The position numbers were made by a program, and so were the translations under genes. A stretch of DNA of 50,556 nt from Acidimicrobiales bacterium (GTDB lineage: Bacteria > Actinomycetota > Acidimicrobiia > Acidimicrobiales > RAAP-2): NCBI GenBank assembly GCA_036495505.1, contig DASXMT010000451.1:1-50556 (forward strand). The letters are read 5' to 3'. Shown here one piece after another: positions 1-8,545 of the stretch; positions within the stretch are counted from its first letter, which is position 1; each line of letters opens with the position of its first letter. The notes under the pieces were generated by a model. The model was not told the DNA's origin, did no database searches, and saw nothing but the letters and a program-made list of their open reading frames with translations.

Positions 1-13
1 TTGTCCACGCCCA

Positions 14-868
14 TCAGGCGGCCCGCTCGGCGGCTCGTACGGCATTGCGCAGAAGCATGGCCCGGGTCATGGGGCCGACTCCGCCGAGACGCGGGGTGAG
101 CCACCCGGCCACCTCGGCCACCGACTCGTCCACGTCCGACAGCAGCTTCTTGCCCTGCCACGAGGTGCCCGCCCCCACCACTGCGGCCCCCGGCTTGATC
201 ATGTGCGGCGTCACCAGGCCGGCCCGGCCGGCCGCAGCCACCACGACATCGCCCTGGCGCACCAGCAACGCCAGGTCATCGACGCCGGTATGGACGACGG
301 TGACGGCGGCGTTGCAGCCCGGACGCTTCATGGCCAGGAGCAGGGCGAGGGGGCGGCCGATGGTCAGGCCCCGGCCGATCACCACCACGTGGCGGCCCTC
401 GACCGGCACCTCGTTGGTGTAGAGCAGGTCGACGATGCCGGCGGGCGTGCACGGCAACGGACCCGGCGCCCCCATCACCAGCCGGCCCAGGTTGACCGGG
501 TGCAACCCGTCGACGTCCTTTTCGGGATCCACGGCCAGGAGCACCCGCTCCTCGTCGAGACCCTCGGGCAACGGCAGTTGCACGAGATAGGCATTGACGG
601 CCGGGTCTTGGTTGAACCGGGCGATGACCGACTCCAGCTCGGCTTGGGAAGTGGTAGCGGGCAGGTGCTCGTGGACCGAGTTGATGCCCACCTCGGCACA
701 GTCGGCGTGCTTCATGGCCACATACCTCGAGCTGGGGCCGTCGTCACCGACCAGGATGGTCCCCAGCCCCACGTGGACGCCGGCGGACCGCAGGCGGGCC
801 ACGCGGTCGGTGACCTCGGCTCGAATCTTTGCGGCCAGCACCTCGCCGTCGAGGACCTTGGCGGTCAT
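14..868 (-). CDS. folD: Bifunctional methylene-THF dehydrogenase / methenyl-THF cyclohydrolase
   Basis: 284-aa ORF that is FolD-like over its full length ([37 protein letters not shown]). ATG at 868 is preceded by GAGAGGAA. Confidence 0.95.
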   Translation of the reverse strand: MTAKVLDGEVLAAKIRAEVTDRVARLRSAGVHVGLGTILVGDDGPSSRYVAMKHADCAEVGINSVHEHLPATTSQAELESVIARFNQDPAVNAYLVQLPLPEGLDEERVLLAVDPEKDVDGLHPVNLGRLVMGAPGPLPCTPAGIVDLLYTNEVPVEGRHVVVIGRGLTIGRPLALLLAMKRPGCNAAVTVVHTGVDDLALLVRQGDVVVAAAGRAGLVTPHMIKPGAAVVGAGTSWQGKKLLSDVDESVAEVAGWLTPRLGGVGPMTRAMLLRNAVRAAERAA

Positions 869-882
869 GTGTTTCCTCTCAT

Positions 883-924
883 CGCTTGCTCAGTGCCGCT
901 TGCTCAGTTCCGCTTGCTCAGTGC
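883..924. repeat. 3 x 14-bp tandem repeat filling the purH-folD spacer
   Basis: Contiguous units CGCTTGCTCAGTGC (883-896), CGCTTGCTCAGTTC (897-910) and CGCTTGCTCAGTGC (911-924). The third unit contains the purH stop (918-920). Confidence 0.9.
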
Positions 925-2516
925 CGGAAGTGGCGCTCGCCACCAGTCGTCACCATGGCGATGCCGGCTTCGTCGGCGGCCGCAGTGACCTCGCCGTCCC
1001 GGATCGAGCCCCCGGGCTGGATGACCGCAGCAACTCCCGCGTTGGCCAGCACCAGCAAGCCGTCAGGGAAGGGGAAGAACGCATCACTGGCCGCCGCGCC
1101 ACCCTGAGCCCGTGACTCCGCCTTGGCCACGGCGAGCTCAGCGGCGACGACCCGTGACTGCTGACCGGCGCCCACGCCCACGGCTTGGCCGTCGTTCACG
1201 ATGGCGATGGCGTTCGATGTCGTCCGGGCGCACACCCGCCAGGCCAGAGCCAGGTCGCGCCACTGCGACTCGGTCGGCTGCCTCTTGGTGGTCACCTGCC
1301 AGTCGGATGGTTGGGCCACGAACCGGTCGGCGTCCTGTACGAGGAAGCTGGCCCCCAGGCTCCGGAACTGACGGCCCAGAGGCTCGGGTGCCGGGGCCGA
1401 GAGCAGCCGGGTCGCCTTGCGTTTCGCGGAGAGCTGGGCCAGGGCGTCGTCTTCGTAGGAGGAGGCGATGATCAGGTCGGCTTGCGGTCCGGCGGCAATC
1501 CGCTCGGACAGCTCTGTGGTCACGCGGCCACCGATGGCCACGACGCCCCCGAAGGCCGAGATGGGATCGCAGTCGAGCGCCCGCTGGTAGGCCGTGGGAA
1601 GGTCGCTGGCCACGGCCGCGCCGCAGGGATTGGCATGCTTGATGATGGCCACGGCGACGTCGTCCCCCGAAGCCAGCTCGTGCACCAGGCGCCAGGCGGC
1701 GTCGGCGTCGAAGACGTTCAGGTAGGAGAGCTCCTTGCCTCCGTGCTGGGCGACGTGGTCCCACCACGAGTCCTGTCCGTGAATGCGGTACCGGGCGCCG
1801 TGCTGGTGCGGGTTCTCGCCATAGCGCATGGACGCGGCGCGCTCCAGGGTCAGATGGATGCTGGGAGGCAGGGTGAGATGGATGCTGGGCGGCGCGAGGG
1901 CTGAGCCGGGGACGGCGTCGGGCTCATCGGCATCACCGCGAGCGGCCTCAGCCGTCTCGGCTGCCCCGGCGGCCGCGTCGAACCAGGCCACGATGGCCGC
2001 GTCGTAGGCCGCGCTATGGGCAAAGGCGGCGCGGGCCAGGTGACGCCTCGTCCGGTCCGACAGCGAGCCGGCCGATCGGAGCTCGTCGAGGACCGCGTCG
2101 TAGGCGGCGGGGTCGACCACGATCCCCACGTGGGCGTGGTTCTTGGCCGCAGCCCGGACCATGGTGGGTCCGCCCACGTCGATCAACTCGATCGACGGGT
2201 CTGACGAGAACGGGTAGAGGTTGCACACCACCAGGTCGATGAGCCCGATGCCCCGACGCTCCACGTCGGCCATGTGCTCGGGTTTGGACCGGTCGGCCAG
2301 GATCCCTCCGTGGATGGTCGGATGGAGGGTCTTGACCCTGCCTCCCAGCATCTCGGGCGCCCCCGTCAGGTCGGCCACTTCGACATGGGCGATCCCCGCT
2401 GCGGCCAGCGCATCCGAAGTCCCGCCGCTCGAGACCAGCTCCCACCCGAGGCCGGACAGGCCGCGGGCCAGGTCCTCCACACCGGTCTTGTCGTACACGG
2501 ACAGCAATGCCCTCAT
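918..2516 (-). CDS. purH: Bifunctional AICAR transformylase / IMP cyclohydrolase
   Basis: 532-aa ORF with an N-terminal IMP cyclohydrolase part (SVYDKTG, SSGGTS) and a C-terminal AICARFT part ([24 protein letters not shown]). ATG at 2516 overlaps the purN stop (ATGA). Confidence 0.95.
   Translation of the reverse strand: MRALLSVYDKTGVEDLARGLSGLGWELVSSGGTSDALAAAGIAHVEVADLTGAPEMLGGRVKTLHPTIHGGILADRSKPEHMADVERRGIGLIDLVVCNLYPFSSDPSIELIDVGGPTMVRAAAKNHAHVGIVVDPAAYDAVLDELRSAGSLSDRTRRHLARAAFAHSAAYDAAIVAWFDAAAGAAETAEAARGDADEPDAVPGSALAPPSIHLTLPPSIHLTLERAASMRYGENPHQHGARYRIHGQDSWWDHVAQHGGKELSYLNVFDADAAWRLVHELASGDDVAVAIIKHANPCGAAVASDLPTAYQRALDCDPISAFGGVVAIGGRVTTELSERIAAGPQADLIIASSYEDDALAQLSAKRKATRLLSAPAPEPLGRQFRSLGASFLVQDADRFVAQPSDWQVTTKRQPTESQWRDLALAWRVCARTTSNAIAIVNDGQAVGVGAGQQSRVVAAELAVAKAESRAQGGAAASDAFFPFPDGLLVLANAGVAAVIQPGGSIRDGEVTAAADEAGIAMVTTGGERHFRH
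1845..1892 (-). repeat. In-frame 24-bp tandem duplication inside purH (PPSIHLTL x2)
   Basis: Copies lie at 1845-1868 and 1869-1892. They differ at two positions (1851 vs 1875, 1866 vs 1890), both synonymous. Confidence 0.9.
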
Positions 2517-3151
2517 TCGTCCACCTCCGACACTGATCCTCGTCCATGGGCCGGGGCGGCCGCCAGCCCGTCGAGGAAGCGACGGATGGTCTCGGGGTAG
2601 AGGGTGCGCTCCACCTCCTTGATCCGCTCGTGCAGGCTGTCCGCCGTGTCGGCAGGCAGAACGGGGACGGCCTGCTGGGCCAGGATCGGCCCGGCGTCCA
2701 TCTCCACGGTGGCGAGGTGCACGGTGGTGCCGGTCTCGGCGACGCCGGCGGCCAGGGCCTCATCCACCGCATGCCAACCGGGGAAGGCGGGCAGTAGAGC
2801 GGGGTGGGTGTTCAGGATGCGCCCGGGATAGGCGGCGTGGATGGGCTCGGCCAGGACCGTCCCGAATCCGGCCATGACCACGACGTCGACGCCATGACGC
2901 TGCAGCACGCCGGTGACCCCGTCGGTGTAGGCGACTCGGTCGAACTGCGGTCCGAAGCCGCCGTAGTCCTTCCTGTCCACCAGCTCGGTGTCGACGCCGT
3001 GCTCGGCGGCCACGTTCAGGGCGCGACAGGGCCTGTCCGCCACCACCAGCTGGACGGGCAGAGCGGTCCCCAGAATCGCCTCCAGGATGGTGCCGCTCCC
3101 TGAGGCCAGAACCCCGATTCCGAGGGCCCCGCGAGGGCTGCTCCGATCCAC
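2513..3151 (-). CDS. purN: Phosphoribosylglycinamide formyltransferase
   Basis: 212-aa ORF with GAR transformylase motifs (GVLASGSGT, NTHPALLPAFPG, VH..T.E.D.GPI). GTG start at 3151. Confidence 0.9.
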   Translation of the reverse strand: MDRSSPRGALGIGVLASGSGTILEAILGTALPVQLVVADRPCRALNVAAEHGVDTELVDRKDYGGFGPQFDRVAYTDGVTGVLQRHGVDVVVMAGFGTVLAEPIHAAYPGRILNTHPALLPAFPGWHAVDEALAAGVAETGTTVHLATVEMDAGPILAQQAVPVLPADTADSLHERIKEVERTLYPETIRRFLDGLAAAPAHGRGSVSEVDE

Positions 3152-3239
3152 GGGGGCACGCTACCAGCGGGGTGGACCATCGCATCCGGACCGAGGTCGC
3201 GTTTGTGCCAACTGCCGGGGGCGTGGTTGCATCGGCGCC

Positions 3240-4100
3240 GTGAGAAGGGCCTTCCCGCTGCTGCTGGCCGCAGCCATCGTCGGCTCAGCGGCCTTCCCGA
3301 CCATGGCGGCCGAAGCCGACGCAGCCAGCCCGGCCGGGGCGTCCCTGTTGTCCCTGGCCACAGGGCCCATCCCGTCCGGATACGTCTCCACCGCCACCGG
3401 GACCGGCAAGTCGGACCAGCCCACCACCACCGAACCGCGGTCGCAGTCCGGCCAGCTGCCCATCACCCCGGAGCTGTACCTGGAAAACCCGTCCAGGACC
3501 GGAGCCGGCGCCGCGCTGCCCACCCTCTGGCGACTGTGGTGGAACCCGGCGTCGCAACAGGCGCTGACCGTGTCGCTGGCCCAGTACTCCGACAGCTCCA
3601 TGGCCGACAAGGCCATCTCCCAGCTGGGCGCCGCCCTCACCGGGACGGTCGCGAAGAGCGGCCTGACCCTGACCTCCGCCTTCGTCCCCATGGGACTACC
3701 CGGCGCCCACGGCTACAACCTGGCCTCGCCCACGTCGGCCACCCCCAGCAAGTCGCCGTTCACCGTGAGCGCGGTGCTGTACCGCCTCGGGACCATCGAG
3801 TACCTGGACACCATCCTGACGGCCGGCACGGAGCCGGCCACCGGCGCAGTGAGCTCCTTTGCTCTGGCCCAGTACCACGGCACCCTGGCCAGGGTGCCGG
3901 TTCACCCCGACGCCGTCGTCCGCCAGACGACGACCTGGCCTTGGATCGTCGGTGGTGCGGCCCTGGTGATCCTGATACTCGTTGCGTTCGTCGCCCGCCG
4001 GCGAGCGGTGGTCCGACGGCGTCGGCGTCATCGCCATGCTCAGCGGCGCAGGCCGCGGGGCACCCCCCGGGGAACGCCGGGCATTCCCGTCAACCGCTGA
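3240..4100 (+). CDS. Hypothetical secreted protein with C-terminal membrane anchor and poly-Arg tail
   Basis: Frame of ORF 2988..4100, but its 5' part overlaps purN. GTG at 3240 gives VRRAFPLLLAAAIVGSAAFPTMAAEA, which looks like a signal peptide. A C-terminal hydrophobic helix (WPWIVGGAALVILILVAFVA) is followed by RRRAVVRRRRRHRH. GC3 is high. I recognise no family. Confidence 0.55.
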   Translation: MRRAFPLLLAAAIVGSAAFPTMAAEADAASPAGASLLSLATGPIPSGYVSTATGTGKSDQPTTTEPRSQSGQLPITPELYLENPSRTGAGAALPTLWRLWWNPASQQALTVSLAQYSDSSMADKAISQLGAALTGTVAKSGLTLTSAFVPMGLPGAHGYNLASPTSATPSKSPFTVSAVLYRLGTIEYLDTILTAGTEPATGAVSSFALAQYHGTLARVPVHPDAVVRQTTTWPWIVGGAALVILILVAFVARRRAVVRRRRRHRHAQRRRPRGTPRGTPGIPVNR

Positions 4101-4105
4101 CCACA

Positions 4106-4124
4106 CCCGTAGAGCGCCTACGGG
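4106..4124 (+). terminator. Hairpin in convergent spacer (possible bidirectional terminator)
   Basis: CCCGTAG-agcgc-CTACGGG is a perfect 7-bp stem. It is followed on the plus strand by CCTGCGACTCGTCTGTTCTC, which is T-rich for this genome. Confidence 0.35.
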
Positions 4125-4171
4125 CCTGCGACTCGTCTGTTCTCGGCCTCTGACGCCCTGCGGGCTGGGGT

Positions 4172-4873
4172 TCAGGGCTGGAGGGAGCGAAGCAGGGTCT
4201 CGTCGAATGCCCCCAGGGACTTGAGGGTGGCATCGCAGAACCCCCACCGGGGCGAGGAGAACGCAGCGGCCTCGGGCACCGCCACCACCCGCATCCTTGC
4301 CGCCTTGGCCGAGATCGCCCCGTTGAACGAGTCCTCGACGGCCAAGCAGGTGACCGGGTCCATGTCCAGCTTTGCCGCCGTGGAGAGGTAGGGACCCGGG
4401 TGGGGCTTGCCCAGGGGCTCCCATTCGGCCGAGTACCACACAGACACCCGCGACTCGATGTCCAGCCGCCGCAGGGCCGCCTCGATGACCACTGCGTAGG
4501 AACCCGAGCACACCGCCACCTCCAGGCCCAGGTGGCGGCACAAGTCCAGCGCCTCGACCGAGCCGACCATGGGCGTTCCCTCGGCCGCGATGATGTCGGC
4601 CACGCTGGCGGTGATGGCCCGCTCCACCTCGACCGGGGTCGGGCCGGCCCAGGGAAAGCGGTCCCACCAGTAACGGACGGCGTCGTCGATGCGAAGCCCC
4701 ATCGTCTGCCGCACATCCGACTCGGTCAGGTGCAGGCCGAGCGTGCCGAAGATCTCGATCTCCGCTCGCCGCCAGAATGGCTCGGAGTCGATCAGCAGGC
4801 CGTCCAGATCGAAGATGACCGCGGTGAGAGGACGAGCGGCATAGGCGGAAGCAGAAGGAACTTCGGCGATCAG
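4172..4873 (-). CDS. HAD-superfamily sugar phosphatase (HxpB/YniC-like)
   Basis: ORF-track ORF 4172..4714 starts at a GTG downstream of the catalytic motif. The same open frame upstream encodes [23 protein letters not shown], the HAD DxDG nucleophile motif. The proposed start is CTG at 4873-4871, overlapping the sucD stop (CTGA), with GGAAG 5 nt upstream. The start is uncertain. Confidence 0.75.
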   Translation of the reverse strand: MIAEVPSASAYAARPLTAVIFDLDGLLIDSEPFWRRAEIEIFGTLGLHLTESDVRQTMGLRIDDAVRYWWDRFPWAGPTPVEVERAITASVADIIAAEGTPMVGSVEALDLCRHLGLEVAVCSGSYAVVIEAALRRLDIESRVSVWYSAEWEPLGKPHPGPYLSTAAKLDMDPVTCLAVEDSFNGAISAKAARMRVVAVPEAAAFSSPRWGFCDATLKSLGAFDETLLRSLQP

Positions 4874-5760
4874 GTGAGCTTCCGAACGATGTCGACCATG
4901 GCCTCGCCGGCTTCGGTCGGGTTCTGGGCGACGGTCACGCCGGCTGCGGACAGCGCGTCCATCTTGGCCTGAGCGGTGCCCTTGGATCCCGAGATGATGG
5001 CCCCGGCGTGACCCATCTTCCGGCCCGGGGGGGCGGTGACGCCGGCTACATAGGACACCACCGGCTTGGTCACCGAGGACCCGATGAACTCGGCTGCCTC
5101 CTCTTCGGCCGAGCCGCCGATCTCGCCGATCATCATCACGGCGCGGGTGTCAGGGTCGGCCTCGAACGCCTCCAGGCAGTCGATGAAGCTGGTTCCCGGC
5201 ACCGGGTCGCCCCCGATGCCCACGCACGTGGTCTGGCCCACGCCTTGCTGGGACAGCTCGTGGAGTGCCTGATAGGTCAGCGTGCCCGAGCGGCTGACGA
5301 TCCCGACCGGACCGCCGGCCATGGCGATGTCGCCCGAGGTAATGCCGATGTTGCACTTCCCGGGGGAGATGATCCCCGGGCAGTTGGGTCCGAGCAGGCG
5401 GGTACGGGGAAATTCACGGCGGAGTCGGTTGTAGGCCAGGGCCTCGTCCTGAGCAGGAATTCCTTCGGTGATGCACACCACGAAGGGGATGCCGGCCGCC
5501 GCCGCCTCGATGATGGCGTCGGCCGCGAACTTCGGGGGAACCGAAATGAACGAGGCGGTGGCTCCGGTGGCCTCCACGGCCTCGTTCACCGTGGCATAGA
5601 CCGGGATCCCCTCGATCTCCGTGCCGCCCCGATTGGGATTGGTGCCGGCCACGATCTTGGTCCCGTAGTCGCGGTTGCGGAGCCCGTGAAAGAGGCCCTG
5701 GCTGGTGGGGCTGATGCCCTGGACCACCACGGTCGTGTTCTCGTCGACGAAGATACTCAT
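4870..5760 (-). CDS. sucD: Succinyl-CoA ligase (ADP-forming) alpha subunit
   Basis: [16 protein letters not shown]...SRSGTLTY...GHAGAI is typical SucD. ATG at 5760 overlaps the sucC stop (ATGA). The longer ORF-track N-terminus lies inside sucC and was discarded. Confidence 0.95.
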   Translation of the reverse strand: MSIFVDENTTVVVQGISPTSQGLFHGLRNRDYGTKIVAGTNPNRGGTEIEGIPVYATVNEAVEATGATASFISVPPKFAADAIIEAAAAGIPFVVCITEGIPAQDEALAYNRLRREFPRTRLLGPNCPGIISPGKCNIGITSGDIAMAGGPVGIVSRSGTLTYQALHELSQQGVGQTTCVGIGGDPVPGTSFIDCLEAFEADPDTRAVMMIGEIGGSAEEEAAEFIGSSVTKPVVSYVAGVTAPPGRKMGHAGAIISGSKGTAQAKMDALSAAGVTVAQNPTEAGEAMVDIVRKLT

Positions 5761-6905
5761 GACTTTCCTCCTGCGAGAGCGACGGCCCGGCGGGCGGCAT
5801 CGATCATGGTCGGCTCGGCGATCAGACGGTCCGAGAGATGGTCGGACAGGATCTGCCGTCCGGCGACAGCATTGGTGCCGTCCAGGCGCAACACGATGGG
5901 CGACGAGATCTCCACCCGCTTGAGGGCTTCGAGGACCCCGTTGGCCACCTCGTCGACCCGGGTGATACCACCGAAGATGTTGACGAAGATGGACCGGACG
6001 GCCGGATCCGAGTTGATGACCTCGAGGGCTGCCGCCATGACATCGGCGTTGGCGCCGCCGCCGATGTCGAGGAAGTTGGCGGCGCTCCCACCGCACTGGT
6101 TGACCACGTCGAGCGTGCTCATGGCCAGCCCGGCTCCGTTGGCGATGATCCCCACCGATCCGTCGAGACCGATGTAGTTCAGGCCCCGCGCCTTGGCCCT
6201 GGCCTCGCGCTCGTCCTCCACGTCGCTGCCGGCGAACTCTTCCCATTCGGGGTGCCGGAAGGCGGCATTGTCGTCGAGGGTCACCTTGGCGTCGAGCGCA
6301 TGCACCCGGCCCTCGGGGGTGAGGATGAGCGGGTTGATCTCGGCCAGGTCACAGTCGCCCTCGACGTAGCACCGGTAGAGCTTCACCAGCAGCTCGGCCG
6401 CCTGGGCCCGAGCCTCCTCGTCGAGGTTGGCCTCGTCGACCCACGCCCGAGCCACCTCGTCGGAGAGGCCGTCCACCGGGTCGATGTGGACCATGGCGAT
6501 GGCATCCGGGTTGGTGACCGCCACCTCTTCGATCTCGACGCCGCCCTCGGCCGAGAGCATGCCCAGGTGGAGCTTGGCCGCCCGGTCCAACGTGAAGCTG
6601 GCGTAGTACTCCTTGGCGATGTCGGAGGCGTGCTCGATCCACAGCCGCTCGACCACATGACCCTTGATGTCCAAGCCCAGGATGTTCCCGGCGTGGGTAC
6701 GCACCTCGTCGGCATCGTTGGCCAACTTCACGCCACCGGCCTTGCCGCGGCCGCCCACTTTGACCTGTGCCTTGACCACCACGGGGTAGCCGGCCTGCTC
6801 AGCCTGTTCGACGGCCTCGTCGACGGTGTCGGCCACTCCGCCTTTGGATGTGGGAATGCCGAACCGGGCGAAGTACTGCTTGCCCTGGTACTCGAAGAGA
6901 TCCAC
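5757..6905 (-). CDS. sucC: Succinyl-CoA ligase (ADP-forming) beta subunit
   Basis: 382-aa ORF starting (M)[17 protein letters not shown], with an ATP-grasp N-terminal part and a CoA-ligase C-terminal part. GTG at 6905 is preceded by GAGAGGAA. Confidence 0.95.
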   Translation of the reverse strand: MDLFEYQGKQYFARFGIPTSKGGVADTVDEAVEQAEQAGYPVVVKAQVKVGGRGKAGGVKLANDADEVRTHAGNILGLDIKGHVVERLWIEHASDIAKEYYASFTLDRAAKLHLGMLSAEGGVEIEEVAVTNPDAIAMVHIDPVDGLSDEVARAWVDEANLDEEARAQAAELLVKLYRCYVEGDCDLAEINPLILTPEGRVHALDAKVTLDDNAAFRHPEWEEFAGSDVEDEREARAKARGLNYIGLDGSVGIIANGAGLAMSTLDVVNQCGGSAANFLDIGGGANADVMAAALEVINSDPAVRSIFVNIFGGITRVDEVANGVLEALKRVEISSPIVLRLDGTNAVAGRQILSDHLSDRLIAEPTMIDAARRAVALAGGKS

Positions 6906-6945
6906 CGGATCCGTTCCTCTCTGTTCGCTCTAGCTGCTCTGTCGC

Positions 6946-7010
6946 TGTGTCTGTCGATGTGCTGTGTGTGTCGATGGCTGTGTTCCGTCGGCGCCGCTGT
7001 CGACGCTGGC
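6946..7010. repeat. Imperfect ~16-bp TG-rich tandem repeat upstream of sucC
   Basis: Units TGTGTCTGTCGATGTGC, TGTGTGTGTCGATGGC, TGTGTTCCGTCGGCGC and CGCTGTCGACGCTGGC. It lies in the 125-bp spacer between the B12-domain gene stop and the sucC start. Confidence 0.5.
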
Positions 7011-7030
7011 GCTGCCTGGGTGTTGCCGGC

Positions 7031-7468
7031 TCAGGCGCCCTCGCGTGCATCGAGCGCCTCTTCCAGCCACTTGCCAATGGCCGGAAGGGGTGCACCCGGC
7101 GTGAACACCTCGGCCACACCCTGGTCCTTCAAGAGGGGAATGTCGCCTTCGGGAATGATCCCACCCACGAGGACCAAGACATCGTCGCGATCCTCTTCCC
7201 GCAGCCCGGCGATGACCCTGGGGACCAAGGTGAGATGGGCGCCGGAAAGCAGCGACAGCCCGACGGCGTCGGCGTCCTCTTGGATCACGGCGCGCACGAC
7301 CTGATCCGGGGTCTGGTGCAGCCCGGTATAGATCACCTCGAAGCCCGCATCCCGGAGCGCTCGGGCGATGACCTTGGCGCCGCGGTCGTGCCCGTCCAGG
7401 CCGGGCTTGGCCACGACCACTCGGTATGGTCGTTTCACGGAGGGTGATACTAAGCGCTGACCCTGCAT
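7031..7468 (-). CDS. Stand-alone cobalamin (B12)-binding domain protein, methylmalonyl-CoA mutase small-subunit type
   Basis: 145 aa. [34 protein letters not shown] carries the DxHxxG B12-binding signature, followed by GLSLLSGAH and VLVGGIIP. An alternative GTG start is at 7438. Confidence 0.85.
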   Translation of the reverse strand: MQGQRLVSPSVKRPYRVVVAKPGLDGHDRGAKVIARALRDAGFEVIYTGLHQTPDQVVRAVIQEDADAVGLSLLSGAHLTLVPRVIAGLREEDRDDVLVLVGGIIPEGDIPLLKDQGVAEVFTPGAPLPAIGKWLEEALDAREGA

Positions 7469-7594
7469 AGGGCGCCAAACGAGGTACAGCTTGCCTGGTC
7501 ACGAGGGTTTGCAGGGTCGTGCCATCGGCCGAATTGGGCGTGGTACGTTCGTGGCCAAGGCCTGCTAGGTCGACTACCCATACCGGAGGGCGCC

Positions 7595-8545
7595 GTGGCC
7601 ACGCCGGCCGACGCTGTGGAACCACAAGACGACAGCAGGCCTGACCCGGAGAGCAGCTCGTTTCGTGCTGTCATCTTGGGGATGGCGCGCATGGCGCGCC
7701 CTCGTCAGTGGATCAAGAACCTGCTGGTGTTCGTGGCCCCAGGTGCGGCCGGGGTCCTGACCCACGGAGACTCCTTCGCCAAGGCACTGGGCGCCTTCGG
7801 GATCTTCTGCCTCGCAGCCTCGGGGACGTACTTTCTCAACGACACCATCGACGCCGACCGGGATCGCCTCCATCCCACCAAGCGGTATCGCCCGGTGGCA
7901 TCGGGCGTCGTGAGCCCCCAGCTGGCGGTGGGCGCGGGTGTGGTATTGCTGGCCGTGTCGTTCGCGCTGGCCTGGTTGCTGGCCGGGTACCGGTTGGCCC
8001 TGGTGGTGGGGCTGTACGTGGCCATCACGACCGTCTACAGCCTGTGGCTCAAGCACGAGCCGATCGTCGATCTGGTCGCCGTCAGCTCGGGCTTCGTGTT
8101 ACGAGCCATCGCCGGGGGCATTGCCACCGGGGTCGTGCTCTCGGACTGGTTCCTCATCGTTGCCTCCTTCGGTTCGCTGCTCATCGTGACCGGGAAACGG
8201 TCGGGGGAGCAGAAGCTCCTGGGGGCGAACCAGGCGCAGATCCGCCAGACACTCGGGCGCTACGACCCCTCCTTTCTCCAGACGGTCCGGACGCTGTCGG
8301 CGGCAGTGACGGTGACCGCGTATTGCCTCTGGGCCTTCGACCGGGCCGTGGCCATCCACCCAGGCCACCACCCCATCTGGTTCCAGTTGTCGATCGTGCC
8401 CTTCGTGCTGGGCCTGCTCCACGTGGTCCGCCAGCTCGACGCCGGACACGGCTCGACCCCCGAAGATATGGCCCTGGGCGACCGGAGGCTGCAGATCTAC
8501 GGCGTCACCTGGGTCGTCTTGATCGTGGTGGGGGTCTATGCCTAG
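7595..8545 (+). CDS. Decaprenyl-phosphate phosphoribosyltransferase (UbiA-family, Rv3806c-like)
   Basis: 316-aa polytopic membrane ORF with RPRQWIKNLLVF, NDTIDADRDRLHPTKRYRP and VSSGFVLRAIAGGIATGV..SDWFL, as in mycobacterial DPPR synthase. GTG at 7595 follows GGAGGG. Confidence 0.85.
   Translation: MATPADAVEPQDDSRPDPESSSFRAVILGMARMARPRQWIKNLLVFVAPGAAGVLTHGDSFAKALGAFGIFCLAASGTYFLNDTIDADRDRLHPTKRYRPVASGVVSPQLAVGAGVVLLAVSFALAWLLAGYRLALVVGLYVAITTVYSLWLKHEPIVDLVAVSSGFVLRAIAGGIATGVVLSDWFLIVASFGSLLIVTGKRSGEQKLLGANQAQIRQTLGRYDPSFLQTVRTLSAAVTVTAYCLWAFDRAVAIHPGHHPIWFQLSIVPFVLGLLHVVRQLDAGHGSTPEDMALGDRRLQIYGVTWVVLIVVGVYA

Noticed and set aside
4870-6246. Long N-terminal extensions of ORF-track ORFs, here sucD at 458 aa. 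The same applies to 24787..26139, 25584..26669, 27791..29221, 29040..31115, 30428..31045, 34658..35239, 36736..37953, 43605..44558, 45545..45949, 46307..46804, 47255..48067, 47821..48561 and 49223..50053.
   Set aside because: The track reports the most upstream ATG/GTG/TTG. In each case the conserved protein begins at an internal start that abuts or overlaps the stop of the upstream gene. The extra residues overlap that upstream gene in another frame.
5838-7304. 488-aa plus-strand ORF, plus similar ORFs at 5008..6177, 15605..16258, 16066..17034, 21648..22916, 32723..34306, 40635..42032 and 48692..50062
   Set aside because: All lie antisense to strongly supported genes (sucCD, guaA, guaB3, groEL, glmM, adk/secY, rpsC/rplV). 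All have the HGRP-rich composition typical of shadow frames.
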